NCBI GenBank assembly: GCA_964388035.1
Contig: CAYLZE010000075.1
Coordinates: forward strand, 1 to 24,237
Reading direction: 5' to 3'
Source of the DNA: an uncultured archaeon
Lineage (GTDB): Archaea > Asgardarchaeota > Lokiarchaeia > Sigyniarchaeales > SOKP01
Length of the DNA: 24,237 nucleotides
Made by a program: the position numbers and the translations under genes. How positions within the stretch are numbered: the stretch's first letter is position 1; every line of letters begins with the position of its first letter. The notes under the pieces were generated by a model. It ran no database searches. It was not told the DNA's origin and was given only the letters and a program-made list of their open reading frames with translations. This document shows, piece by piece, positions 1 to 10,116 of this stretch.

Positions 1-464
1 GAGAGCGTTTTTTCTAAAGAATTTACCAGGAATCCTTGTATTAAATCACATGCATTATCCAAATTGGAGCAAAAAACACAATTTTCAAGAATTAACGTGA
101 TTTCATTTTTTTTTTTCTCAATGACGTGAAGCTTCCAATCGGTTTGAATTAATTGATTGAGCTCCTCTATGCAATCTTCAAAATCTTTACCAAAAGGGAA
201 TAAATAAAATGAAAACTTCTTTCCAATTAAAAATAATAACTGACTCGAATGTATTAATAAAATATTCTGTGCTGTAATAATTTTTTTAAACGAGCCCATA
301 TCGGTTTTTCCATCTGAAGATATTTTTCTTAAATCAATTAGATGTTGCATTCCTGCTTCTCTTAAAATGGAGTTCAAGCCATCATAATCTAGCATGTCAA
401 GATATGCTCGAAGAAGTGCTTTTATCACCTTGTTTTCCACTTCTTCTGGATGCTGTTCACTCAA
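1..464 (-). CDS. V4R-like domain protein, 3'-partial (runs off the window start; not in the ORF track)
   Basis: Manual translation from TTG at 464, preceded by GGTGA: MSEQHPEEVENKVIKALLRAYLDMLDYDGLNSILREAG...FLIGRKF...ITLILENCVFCSNLDNACDLIQGFLVNSLEKTL. The frame stays open to the window edge. The CxxC...C-x4-G pattern resembles V4R domains. Confidence 0.7.
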   Translation of the reverse strand, partial: MSEQHPEEVENKVIKALLRAYLDMLDYDGLNSILREAGMQHLIDLRKISSDGKTDMGSFKKIITAQNILLIHSSQLLFLIGKKFSFYLFPFGKDFEDCIEELNQLIQTDWKLHVIEKKKNEITLILENCVFCSNLDNACDLIQGFLVNSLEKTL

Positions 465-549
465 TTTTGATTCACCAAGATTATTTAGAAAATTATTGCC
501 TTAAAGAAGAGATAAAGACATTATTTATCGGACTCGCATATTTAATCTT

Positions 550-981
550 TCATTCCAAGCGTAATAAATCCGCATTAAACATGGACTCATGTTCTCTAGT
601 TAAGATCTTGTTAACTTCATGAATGTAAACTTCCGCTGTGATAGAAACTATGCTTGGTTGGCTTAAATGCCCTCCCTTAATTTCAAGATTGTCTAATCCA
701 ATGGTAACATGAAGGTGAATAATAGGATTACCATTTTTATAAGAAATATTTCCCATGCAAGATACTAATTCCACATTTTCATCAAAAGTTTTAAACTGAT
801 AATTCTTATCTATAAGATTGAAATAGCCGATGGTAACCTTTTTTAATGCTCCTATCACGGTGATTAATCCCGATTTGACTTGATGTTTTTTTACGATTTC
901 TGATATTGCATCTATTAAATCTTCATCTGGCATCACTCGCCCTATAATAACTCGTCCTATTTTAGTCTCAATACTTTTCAT
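550..981 (-). CDS. PPC domain / DUF296 (AF0104-like) putative DNA-binding protein
   Basis: Motifs DEDLIDAI, IGAL, ELVSCMGNIS, HLHVTIG and GGHL are typical of DUF296. Confidence 0.9.
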   Translation of the reverse strand: MKSIETKIGRVIIGRVMPDEDLIDAISEIVKKHQVKSGLITVIGALKKVTIGYFNLIDKNYQFKTFDENVELVSCMGNISYKNGNPIIHLHVTIGLDNLEIKGGHLSQPSIVSITAEVYIHEVNKILTREHESMFNADLLRLE

Positions 982-1058
982 TAATATAAAAACTGGTGAG
1001 GATATACTCCTAATATTTAATGATTGTTCACTATATTCTTAAACAAGAAAATACATTA

Positions 1059-1084
1059 ATATAAATATATCATATAAATATATC
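1059..1084 (+). repeat. Perfect 13-bp tandem duplication (ATATAAATATATC x2) abutting the aminopeptidase start codon
   Basis: 1059-1071 and 1072-1084 are identical, and the ATG follows at 1085. Confidence 0.8.
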
Positions 1085-3574
1085 ATGTATGAAAATGAAT
1101 TAAATCCTAATAATTATAAAATTCATCTCATCCTCGATCCAAAAGAAGAGTTTAATTTTCAAGGGATCACGGAGATCAAAATTACACCAAATACGCCTGT
1201 TGACTCTCTAACTCTGAATTCAGATAATTTAGCAATATGGAATTGCATGATTAAAGCAGAAAAGGATGAATGGAACTGCACATTTAAATCAAACCCAAAA
1301 GAAGATCAGCTCATCATCTATTTTCCAAAAAAGGTTGCCGTTCCATTTACTGTTATCGTAAATTATATGGGTAAATTTAGTAAAGATTTACTAGGATTAT
1401 ATCGCTGTAAATACGTATATAAAGGAAAGGAAGGATTTGTTTTATCCACGCAATTTGAAGAGCATTACGCCCGGAGAGCTTTTCCTTGCTTTGACCATCC
1501 CTCTAAAAAGTCCGTGTTTGATATTGAATTTGTCATCGATAAGGACCTGATTGGGGTGTCAAACACCGAGATAAAGGAGGAAAAAGAATTAGAAAATGGA
1601 AAAAAGCTCGTTATATTTAAACAAACTCCTAAAATGTGTACCTATTTGCTCTATTTTGGAGTGAGTGAATTTGAGAGTATCGAAGATACTTCGGGAGATT
1701 ACCTGATTCGTGTTTTAACGACCCCGGGAAAAGCTCAATATGGTAAATTTGCATTAGAAACTGCAAGAAATTCATTGGATTTTTGTGAAAAATACACCGG
1801 AATTAAGTATCCCTTGACAAAGTGTGATTTATTGGGAATTCCCGATTTTCCCTTTGGAGCCATGGAAAATTATGGCGCAATAACTTTTCGGGAAAGCATG
1901 TTCCTTTTATATCCAAAAATCAGTTCGAGCATGGTAAAGTTAACAATTGCAGGAGTGACGGCTCACGAAGTATCCCACTTCTGGTTTGGGGACTTAGTCT
2001 CCCCCACTGATTGGCAATACATCTGGTTAAATGAATCTTTTGCTTCATATTTTCCATTTGCATTTGCCGAGAAATATTTTCCAGAATGGCATTTATGGGA
2101 AAATTTTATTATACGATACTATTCCATTGCTCTGGAACGAGATGGTCTCAATGATACTTTTGCCGTGGAATTACCTGATGGTGTAACCGAATTTGCAAGT
2201 CCTGCCAAAACGGAAATTGTTTATGACAAGGGTGCCTCTGTACTGCGCATGCTTCAAGGGTACCTGGGAGATGCTGCATTTAAAAAAGCTATTAATTATT
2301 TTCTCAAGAAATATCAATTTTCTTGCGCAAATACATCGCAATATTGGGATGCTTTTGAGGAAGCTACAGGGCAACCCATTCGGAAGTTCGCCGAAAACTG
2401 GATTAATCAACCCGGGCATCCCATTATTAATGTCAGCATGAAAAAGGGGGAATTAATCTTGCGTCAAGAGCGATTTTCCTATTCCCCCAACACTTTCGAA
2501 GAATCATGGTTAATTCCCATTGATTTATTAATTTTCCTTGAAAATGGTGAATCTAAAACGATGAGGATGGTTTTATCTCATTCAAGTGAAAACTTGAAAG
2601 TACCTTCTGAAATGGTGGCATTTAAGCTGAATCATCAACAAAAGGGCTTCTATCGAGTAAAATATGAAAAAGAAAATCTAATGAAATTGGGAGAATTAAT
2701 GAAGCAAGGAAAGTTGACCTCAACCGATAGATTTGGCATTGAAAATGATTATTTTGCCATGCTTAAAAGAGGAGATTATTCTCTCGAGGAGTATTTAAAT
2801 TTAATATCGAGCTGTTACCCCCAAGAAGAAGATTATCTTCTTCTAATTTCTGTAGGGTCTCATTTAATGGAATTAAACACCATTCTTACCTCAAAGAGAG
2901 AAAAAATCAGTGAAATTGCTAACTTATTTTTTGAAACATGGTTTGAGAAACATGGAATTAACCCGATTGAAGGGGAAGAGTTCCTCATTGCAATATCACG
3001 AGAACCCGTATTATTGTGCGCATATACTTTGAATTGCAAGCAAGCCAAGGACGCAGGAGAAAAAATCTTTAACGATCTATTAGAAGGAAATGAAGTCCAT
3101 CAAGATATCCTTGCTTCCGTGTATAAAATTGGAGCGGCATCAAATGAAAAAGCAAATGATTTCTTGTTAAAAAAAGTGTTAGCTCCCGAAACTCCTGAAA
3201 TAGAAAAAATGTACATCCTTCAAGCACTCGGTTGCTTTAAAGATGAGAAAAAAATCAAGGATACTTTAAATCTAGCATTAAAACAAATTCCACAATCAAG
3301 TCGTCATATTGTTTTTGGGGTAATGGGAAGAAATCCACATGCTCTCGAACATATTTGGCCTTGGTTTTTGAAGAATCATGAAACATTAGAAAAAGAAGGT
3401 CCAATTTCCTATGCCCGAGCCATTGCCAGCTTATTACCCCGAGGGGGTCTTCCACACCTAGAAGAGGTCAAGAAATTTCTCCATGACCATTTAAAGGAGA
3501 AAAAAATCGCCGAGGATACCATAAGGATGGTTCTCGAGGAATTGGAAATCAACTCGAGATTAAGAAATCTATAA
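1085..3574 (+). CDS. M1 family zinc aminopeptidase (PepN / tricorn-interacting factor F2/F3-like) with ERAP1-like C-terminal domain
   Basis: TQFE..ARRAFPCFDHP, GAMEN exopeptidase motif, HEVSH-x18-E zinc motif (WLNES) and YDKG catalytic Tyr. Confidence 0.95.
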   Translation: MYENELNPNNYKIHLILDPKEEFNFQGITEIKITPNTPVDSLTLNSDNLAIWNCMIKAEKDEWNCTFKSNPKEDQLIIYFPKKVAVPFTVIVNYMGKFSKDLLGLYRCKYVYKGKEGFVLSTQFEEHYARRAFPCFDHPSKKSVFDIEFVIDKDLIGVSNTEIKEEKELENGKKLVIFKQTPKMCTYLLYFGVSEFESIEDTSGDYLIRVLTTPGKAQYGKFALETARNSLDFCEKYTGIKYPLTKCDLLGIPDFPFGAMENYGAITFRESMFLLYPKISSSMVKLTIAGVTAHEVSHFWFGDLVSPTDWQYIWLNESFASYFPFAFAEKYFPEWHLWENFIIRYYSIALERDGLNDTFAVELPDGVTEFASPAKTEIVYDKGASVLRMLQGYLGDAAFKKAINYFLKKYQFSCANTSQYWDAFEEATGQPIRKFAENWINQPGHPIINVSMKKGELILRQERFSYSPNTFEESWLIPIDLLIFLENGESKTMRMVLSHSSENLKVPSEMVAFKLNHQQKGFYRVKYEKENLMKLGELMKQGKLTSTDRFGIENDYFAMLKRGDYSLEEYLNLISSCYPQEEDYLLLISVGSHLMELNTILTSKREKISEIANLFFETWFEKHGINPIEGEEFLIAISREPVLLCAYTLNCKQAKDAGEKIFNDLLEGNEVHQDILASVYKIGAASNEKANDFLLKKVLAPETPEIEKMYILQALGCFKDEKKIKDTLNLALKQIPQSSRHIVFGVMGRNPHALEHIWPWFLKNHETLEKEGPISYARAIASLLPRGGLPHLEEVKKFLHDHLKEKKIAEDTIRMVLEELEINSRLRNL

Positions 3575-3661
3575 AAATGATAAGCATATCCCTTAAGAAT
3601 ACTTTCAACTTCTCTTTTTATCTTTAAATTGTAAATAACTTCTTGAGATGGTGAAATAAAA

Positions 3662-4852
3662 ATATTAACCAATGAGAGAAAATCTATCCTCATCAATACA
3701 TGTCGTGAACTCATAAAAATTCCGAGTTATTCTAGACAAGAACAAGTTGTAGCAAATTTTCTTAAAGATCAGTTAAATTCTATGGGATTTAATGATACCA
3801 TTATAGATCAAGTTGGAAACGTTATTGGGCACGTACAAGGGAAGTCAAATGGAAAAAAAATATTATTTGATGCTCATTTAGACACGGTTCCCGTTTCAGA
3901 TGAGACAAAGTGGACCCATCATCCATTTAAAGGTGAAATTGCTGAGGATAAAATCTATGGTCGCGGTGCCTCGGATATGAAAGGACAATTGAGCGCCATG
4001 CTTTCAGCAATAGCATTTTTCAAAGAAGACTTTAAAGATAAGTTTTCAGGGGATATATATTTAGTAGGTACGGTACTTGAAGAAGTTTTTGAGGGGATGG
4101 CCGCTCGCCATACCTCCGATGTTATCAATCCTGATATGGTAGTGATTGGAGAAGCTACCGATTTGGATTTGGCAATTGGACAACGGGGAAGAGCCGAAAT
4201 TTTGTTAGAAACTTTTGGGAGATCTACCCATTCATCGAGTCCAGAAAAAGGAATAAATGCCGTGTATAAAATGCTAGCTCTCTTGCAAGAAGTTCGCAAA
4301 CTAGAGCCCATTAACCACCCTCTCCTAGGAAAAGGTATTCTGGAATTAACAGATATTAAATCATTCCCATATCCTGGTGTTTCTGTCATTCCAGAGTATT
4401 GCAAGGTTACTCTGGATAGGCGAGTTTTATATGGTGAAACCAAAAAGATGATTATCAATACTCTTGAACGATTAATAGAAAAAATGAAGAAAATAGATAT
4501 TAATTTAAATGCAAAAGTTACCATTGCTGAGGACGAGGTTCAATGCTATACGGATTTTAAAATTAAAGCCGAGAAATACTTTAGGTCATGGATTTTTGAT
4601 AAAGATCAAGAATTTATCCAAAAGGCGCTTACTGGTTTGGAATCTATGGGCTTAAATTCAAAAATTACATATTATTCCTTTTGCACAAACGGAAGTTATT
4701 ATGCTGGAGAGAAAGGTATTCCTACGGTTGGATTTGGTCCTTCGAAAGAATATTTAGCCCATGTTGTAGATGAATATATGGAAATAGATCAACTATTTAA
4801 AGGTACTGAAGGATATTACGGAATTCTAAAATCATTTTTTAATATAATATGA
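3662..4852 (+). CDS. M20 family metallohydrolase (YgeY/ArgE/DapE-like); probable start at ATA 3662, upstream of the tracked ATG 3782
   Basis: FDAHLDTV, GRGASDMKG, LEE, GQRGRAEI, FCTNGSYYAG..GIPTVGFGP and AH..DE motifs. The frame is open upstream (ILTNERKSILINTCRELIKIPSYS), and GGTGA at 3650-3654 lies 7 nt before ATA 3662. Confidence 0.85.
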   Translation: MLTNERKSILINTCRELIKIPSYSRQEQVVANFLKDQLNSMGFNDTIIDQVGNVIGHVQGKSNGKKILFDAHLDTVPVSDETKWTHHPFKGEIAEDKIYGRGASDMKGQLSAMLSAIAFFKEDFKDKFSGDIYLVGTVLEEVFEGMAARHTSDVINPDMVVIGEATDLDLAIGQRGRAEILLETFGRSTHSSSPEKGINAVYKMLALLQEVRKLEPINHPLLGKGILELTDIKSFPYPGVSVIPEYCKVTLDRRVLYGETKKMIINTLERLIEKMKKIDINLNAKVTIAEDEVQCYTDFKIKAEKYFRSWIFDKDQEFIQKALTGLESMGLNSKITYYSFCTNGSYYAGEKGIPTVGFGPSKEYLAHVVDEYMEIDQLFKGTEGYYGILKSFFNII

Positions 4853-4980
4853 AATTAAATAAGGAAATAAATATCGGAGCTATTTTACCCGGTTTCTAAA
4901 CACTCCTTTTTGAATATATTCTATTTCGTTCTAGTAAAAATAAAGATTTTTTTCATTGTTTTGTTATTAGATTAGTAACC

Positions 4981-5910
4981 ATGGTAGAAAAGATTTCCAT
5001 TTCGGGAATAGAACTTTATTTATCAGATCCTGCGAACGTAAAATTAGAATGGGTGGGTAATGAAGATCTCATCAATCAATTAAAAGCTGCTTGGATGATC
5101 GTGGATGACCAAGATTTACCCTTAAATCCCAGAATATTGGGAAAACCCGGTGTAGGCAAGACGACCTTAGCATGTGCAACTGCCAAAAGATTGAAAAAAG
5201 ATTTGTATATTTTTCAATGCACCATGGACACCCGTCCGGAAGATTTGATTATAAGTCCCGTCATTTCCGAAAACAATCAAATTCGCTATGTGGCAAGCTC
5301 CTTAGTATCTGCCGTGATAAAAGGGGGTGTTTGTCTCTTGGACGAAGGGAACCGAATGAGTGAGAAAAGCTGGGCTTCTCTTGCCCCTTTAATGGATAAC
5401 CGGAGATATATAGAGAGCATAATAACGGGTGTTCGTATCTATGCCCATCAAGATTTTCGATTATGCGTGACCATGAATTCTGACTCAAGTACTTACGAAA
5501 TTCCCGAATATATCATGTCCAGATTAAATCCTCATATTGTAATAGAATTTCCCAATAAATTAGATGAGCTGAAAATTTTAAAATATAACCTTCCCTTCTC
5601 CTCCGAAGAGATTTTAGAATACTGCGTGGATTTCCTTCAAAATGCTCATAAACATGAAGAACCCTATGTGGTGAGAGATGGCATCAATATTATTCGATAT
5701 TATTTAAAAACGAGGCTTCTAAATAAAAAAGATAAGCATGGCTTGGAAATAAGCGAATTTAAATCCGCAATAATACGGGTTTTAGATTCCACAGCTCTAC
5801 GGTATTGCCCCGATGAATATGAAGAATACATGAAAAGATTATCAAAAATTCCATCAGGAATAAATTTTCAGCAATGGGAAGAAAATAATGATGATTTCAT
5901 GGATCTTTAA
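4981..5910 (+). CDS. MoxR-like AAA+ ATPase (AAA_5 type)
   Basis: Walker A GKPGVGKT, QCTMDTRPEDL, Walker B LLDEGNR, sensor-1 TMN and arginine finger SRL. Confidence 0.9.
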   Translation: MVEKISISGIELYLSDPANVKLEWVGNEDLINQLKAAWMIVDDQDLPLNPRILGKPGVGKTTLACATAKRLKKDLYIFQCTMDTRPEDLIISPVISENNQIRYVASSLVSAVIKGGVCLLDEGNRMSEKSWASLAPLMDNRRYIESIITGVRIYAHQDFRLCVTMNSDSSTYEIPEYIMSRLNPHIVIEFPNKLDELKILKYNLPFSSEEILEYCVDFLQNAHKHEEPYVVRDGINIIRYYLKTRLLNKKDKHGLEISEFKSAIIRVLDSTALRYCPDEYEEYMKRLSKIPSGINFQQWEENNDDFMDL

Positions 5911-6101
5911 ATCTATTCTTTCACGTAATACAAAGATCGTACTATTTTTGCCTTTCTTGGAAATTTTATTCAATTTTTAATGTCAATGACCCCATGATCG
6001 CTAAAGAAATTATCAATATTAAGTCAAGGAAAAATTATATAGTCTTTTTTTCATATTTCTTTTTAGTATATTAGAAAATTTACCTTTAAAAAAGAAGTTC
6101 A

Positions 6102-8087
6102 ATGAATTCTGCCAATTTTTTAAATTATAAGAACCTTTATATCATTCCTACGTTCCATTCCCGCGTCGAGTTCGCAAAATTAACGCGCATTGCCTTCTTC
6201 CAAGTATTTCCGGATCTAATTGCCGTAGAGTTACCAAGTAACACGAGAAAAGAAGTCCTGGAAGCCGTTCAGCGCCTTCCTTATTTATCTTTAATTGGCT
6301 ACGCGGATTCATTACGCCCAGATCGACTTAATTTCATTCCCATAGACCCCGGGGATTCCATAATTGAAGGAATTCGTTTGGGACTCGAATTTAACACGCC
6401 TATCGAGTTCATTGACTTATCGGTAAAAAATTATGACCCACCCCCTACCCACCTACCTGATGATCATTCCATTACCTCGATTGGTTTAAATCACTTTTAT
6501 AAAAAAGTCTCAGAATACTTTCAAGAAGATTATTTCAAGAAAAAAGAAACAATTAGAAGTAAAGTCAATCTGAAATACTACCTTGAGCATCTAGAGAAAG
6601 ATGAAGAAAAAAGTGATACAATCGAAGTGGATATACTTAGAGAAAAGTACATGGCAACCCATCTTCTAAAGTTGATGAATCTTCATCATAGAATCCTTTT
6701 TATTGTAGGCATGGCTCATTGGGAAAATATCCGATACTTTTTAGACCATCCAGAAGAGCTCGAAGATATCAACTCGGAGCTGGAACCACATAAATTAATC
6801 AAAATATATAATATTAGAGGTAAGGATGCTCGATTTTTATTAAGAGAGCTCCCTTATCATGTTGTGAAGTGGATGAAATTTCGGGATTCGCATGCTAAAG
6901 AAGATATTGAACGGATGGAATCGATAGAGGATCTTCTTCAAACATTTAATCTTTATGATAAGAAAAAACACGTGCATGAAATATTACTAAAAGCTAAAAG
7001 CGAATATGAAGAAGAATTTAAAGAATTTATCAATCTACATCAGTTAAAATCGTTATTTCAATACATACGCAATATTAGCCTTACTGATAAGCGCTTGCTT
7101 CCTAACTTATTTCATTTTTTGATTTCTGCTAAATCTATCATTGATGATGATTATGCTTGGAAAGTATTAAAAATCGCTACAAGATATCCTCATGATGATC
7201 AAGAAGACCATTATGAAACTTTGGAATTATCTCAAGAAGGTGCACGTGATTCTACCGGACGATATATTCGATTACGCAGACACCATCCTTTTTCCGATCA
7301 AGATTCAAGAGATATTCCTTTAAAAAAAAGACCAAAGGAAAACCATGAAGGAGAATGGAGAAATGAATGGGAAAAGAATAAATGGAGAACTGTTTCCTAT
7401 CCTCCTGAGGACGTCATTGAAGAAGATTATTTTGCTTACATTAGAAATAAGACCATTAAAAATCTTAAAAATAAAAAAATAAAGATCGAACAATTTAAAA
7501 CCTCCATGATGGATGGAATTGCAATTAGAGAAACCTTACGAAATTGGGCAATTAAGAAACAAATTTATGTGAGAAATGAACATCGGATTCAAGGAAAAAT
7601 TGATACTATAATCGTTATTTTTGATGTGGATGATAAGGGTGAAGAGAAGTATCCTTATAGACTAACTTGGTGGGCAGAACACGAAAAAGAAAGCGATTTA
7701 GCTTTTTATGCAACGAATCCGGGAGATTACTTGATTGGTCCTGGAATATCTCACGTGGAAATCGGAGGTTTACTTTCCTTTTTTCCGGCCATAAAAATTA
7801 GAGAAATTTTTTCTCCCTTTGAGGACGAGATTTACTCCGATACTCTAAATAAAGCAGAAAGATTATTAAAAGCAGGAATCCTTTTTTCCAAGCAGAAATA
7901 TATCGCTTACGTGGCAGAAATGCCTCCCCGAAAATATTTTCATGATATGGCAGGTAAAAAGAATCGAACCTTGATTTACATTCCAATGGCGGATTTTAAT
8001 AAAGAAAGCTTGAAAAGGATCAAACATCTTCACATCTTGGCGGGGAAAGATAAAAGAAAAATTGCACATGAATACATTTTCTTATGA
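6102..8087 (+). CDS. Conserved hypothetical protein with N-terminal TIKI/TraB/ChaN-like domain; likely partner of the MoxR ATPase
   Basis: 661-aa ORF with N-terminal His (PTFH), IAVELP, REKYMA and ILFIVGMAHW, a pattern resembling the TIKI superfamily. The C-terminal half is unassigned. Confidence 0.6.
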   Translation: MNSANFLNYKNLYIIPTFHSRVEFAKLTRIAFFQVFPDLIAVELPSNTRKEVLEAVQRLPYLSLIGYADSLRPDRLNFIPIDPGDSIIEGIRLGLEFNTPIEFIDLSVKNYDPPPTHLPDDHSITSIGLNHFYKKVSEYFQEDYFKKKETIRSKVNLKYYLEHLEKDEEKSDTIEVDILREKYMATHLLKLMNLHHRILFIVGMAHWENIRYFLDHPEELEDINSELEPHKLIKIYNIRGKDARFLLRELPYHVVKWMKFRDSHAKEDIERMESIEDLLQTFNLYDKKKHVHEILLKAKSEYEEEFKEFINLHQLKSLFQYIRNISLTDKRLLPNLFHFLISAKSIIDDDYAWKVLKIATRYPHDDQEDHYETLELSQEGARDSTGRYIRLRRHHPFSDQDSRDIPLKKRPKENHEGEWRNEWEKNKWRTVSYPPEDVIEEDYFAYIRNKTIKNLKNKKIKIEQFKTSMMDGIAIRETLRNWAIKKQIYVRNEHRIQGKIDTIIVIFDVDDKGEEKYPYRLTWWAEHEKESDLAFYATNPGDYLIGPGISHVEIGGLLSFFPAIKIREIFSPFEDEIYSDTLNKAERLLKAGILFSKQKYIAYVAEMPPRKYFHDMAGKKNRTLIYIPMADFNKESLKRIKHLHILAGKDKRKIAHEYIFL

Positions 8088-8394
8088 ACTTAATTTATAA
8101 CTTATTATTCTAATAACTTGTGTTACCACCCTCTACCCAATTCTATTTTAACTAGTTAATTATCCGTTCTTTCTGAAATAAATTGCTTTCTATCAATAAT
8201 GTTCAAAAATTCAAGGAATTTTTAAATCATATCAATAGTTTCTATTGCAAAATTCTCTCTTGAAAAGAAAATTCTTTTTTAAAAAAATAGGAAAAATGTT
8301 AAATGATTTTTTAGATAGAAATATAAATTTCTTAGATAGTATTTTTTGATTAAAACCAATCTATTATTTGAAAATTAAAATTTGGAATTTAGTA

Positions 8395-10116
8395 TTATTT
8401 ATCAATCGAATCTATCAAGTTTTCAATTTTGCTTTGAATTACCTCGGGTTTTTCTGCTTCGGCACCCGCTAATGCTAAGCGTCTCTCTATACCTTCTCTG
8501 TGAATCGTGTTATGCGCACAGAAGGGAATCTCCAGAACTTTACTGGGATCATCAGGATCGATCACTCCATAATGAACTAAGCATTTACATACTCTATCCA
8601 GATCAAAATTATAGGCATCTTGAAAATGCATTGACGAGATCATGAGGTTTTTCGTTTGAAGAAAATTACCTGCTGATGATAAATTAGGGGAAAACACAAG
8701 GCGAGCAAAAGACTGATATGTTTTACTCGTTAAAAGTTTCTGCGGATTCTTCACGTATTTTATGGCACCAGCAAAAAAGTAGGTCTTCATCATTTGCCTG
8801 TATCCCAAATCGGTCATATCATCGACGAACTTTGCAACCGTTTGAGCAATAGCTCCATAATCTTCAAAATTGATTCCCTTTAATAAACCCGTGGGCTTGG
8901 GAACTTTTTTTTCTGCTACCATGTCATGTACTTTATTGGCCCATCTAATCAATCCTTCCACGTCAAAAAAGTTCTCTATAGGTTCCCATTCATTTTTTTC
9001 GTTAATTACAGCGATGGTCGCAAAGCCACAATCGGAATGACTTAACATGGAAAAGGGAGGTTGGTTGTCAAACCATGCGAGTAATTTCGTAAATTTTCCC
9101 GTAGTTGCTATGGGATAAAATTTAGTTATGACATTATTAGTGTGCTTATTAATTGCTACTTTTAAATCAGAAGTGGTATAACGGAGATCCATTAATTCTT
9201 CATAGTTGATTCTCCCGCATAAGGATACGGGCTGAAAAACTACACCGGCAATAACGTCTGCATTATCTCTGGCAAAATCTAAGATATTCCCAATTTGATT
9301 ATCATTGATTCCTTTTGCTACGGTGGGAACTAACATGACCCCTTTGAATCCTAATTGTCTACAATGCTCAATCACGCGTTTCTTCAAGGGCCATAAATTG
9401 ACACCTCTCACCTTCTTCCATATCTCTGGAGCATCCGTGGCATCAAATTGTAAGTAAAGTGCATCCATCCCGGCATCCACTAATTCTTTCACATACTCAA
9501 CCGACTTTCCCATGCGTACTCCATTACTAGTAACCATCACTTCAATAAATCCTAACTCTTTTGCTTTTCGGATTATTTCCGGTAAATCTTCTCTCACTGT
9601 GGGTTCCCCACCCGAGAGCTGTAATAATACTGCCGAAACGGGTTTCATGGAACGAAAATGTTCCATTATTTGTACGATTTGGTCAAAAGTAGGTTGTACC
9701 ACGTACCCCTTTGCACTTGCGTTAGCAAAGCAAATTGGACATGCCAGATTACAGCGATTAGTAATATCAATCAATGCTATGCATGGTGCTGACTTATGAT
9801 TAGCACAAATACCACAATCATAAGGACATCCACTTGATACCTCCTTTATTCCAGAAGAAACATACTCGGGTTTTGTGAGATTGGCACCTGTGGAACCAAT
9901 TTCATTAGTGAAATTTTGTACCCATATATAATCTTCAGGGTCTATTGATAATTTGTCCCTGAAAGTACCATGTGTTTGGCACTGTTTTCGCATCATCACC
10001 CAATTTTTTTCCGGATCCACGTAAATCTCCGCGGGGATTGGTTCTAAACATTCAGGACATAAACTGGTGGTCTTACGAATGATTTTTTCAGTCTTACTAA
10101 CGGTTTTTTCAGTCAT
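8395..10116 (-). CDS. tes: Radical SAM tetraether lipid synthase (Tes / GDGT-MAS family)
   Basis: N-terminal SLCPEC...CQTHG, GCPYDCGIC..H, radical SAM CNLACPIC, SGGEPT, LYLQFD, FQPVS..GR, HSDCG, MHFQDAYNFD..RV..C.VHY and IPFC match the MJ0619/MA_1486 family architecture. Confidence 0.85.
   Translation of the reverse strand: MTEKTVSKTEKIIRKTTSLCPECLEPIPAEIYVDPEKNWVMMRKQCQTHGTFRDKLSIDPEDYIWVQNFTNEIGSTGANLTKPEYVSSGIKEVSSGCPYDCGICANHKSAPCIALIDITNRCNLACPICFANASAKGYVVQPTFDQIVQIMEHFRSMKPVSAVLLQLSGGEPTVREDLPEIIRKAKELGFIEVMVTSNGVRMGKSVEYVKELVDAGMDALYLQFDATDAPEIWKKVRGVNLWPLKKRVIEHCRQLGFKGVMLVPTVAKGINDNQIGNILDFARDNADVIAGVVFQPVSLCGRINYEELMDLRYTTSDLKVAINKHTNNVITKFYPIATTGKFTKLLAWFDNQPPFSMLSHSDCGFATIAVINEKNEWEPIENFFDVEGLIRWANKVHDMVAEKKVPKPTGLLKGINFEDYGAIAQTVAKFVDDMTDLGYRQMMKTYFFAGAIKYVKNPQKLLTSKTYQSFARLVFSPNLSSAGNFLQTKNLMISSMHFQDAYNFDLDRVCKCLVHYGVIDPDDPSKVLEIPFCAHNTIHREGIERRLALAGAEAEKPEVIQSKIENLIDSIDK

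Noticed and set aside
404-622. 72-aa plus-strand ORF
   Set aside because: Shadow ORF overlapping two better-supported minus-strand genes.
3955-4524. 189-aa minus-strand ORF and other short ORFs nested in long genes (2171, 2193, 2860, 3255, 3409, 5172, 5261, 7798, 7866, 8382, 9512, 14648, 15651, 16180, 16680, 18109, 18525, 19557)
   Set aside because: These are antisense or off-frame shadows of motif-supported genes and show no recognisable motifs.
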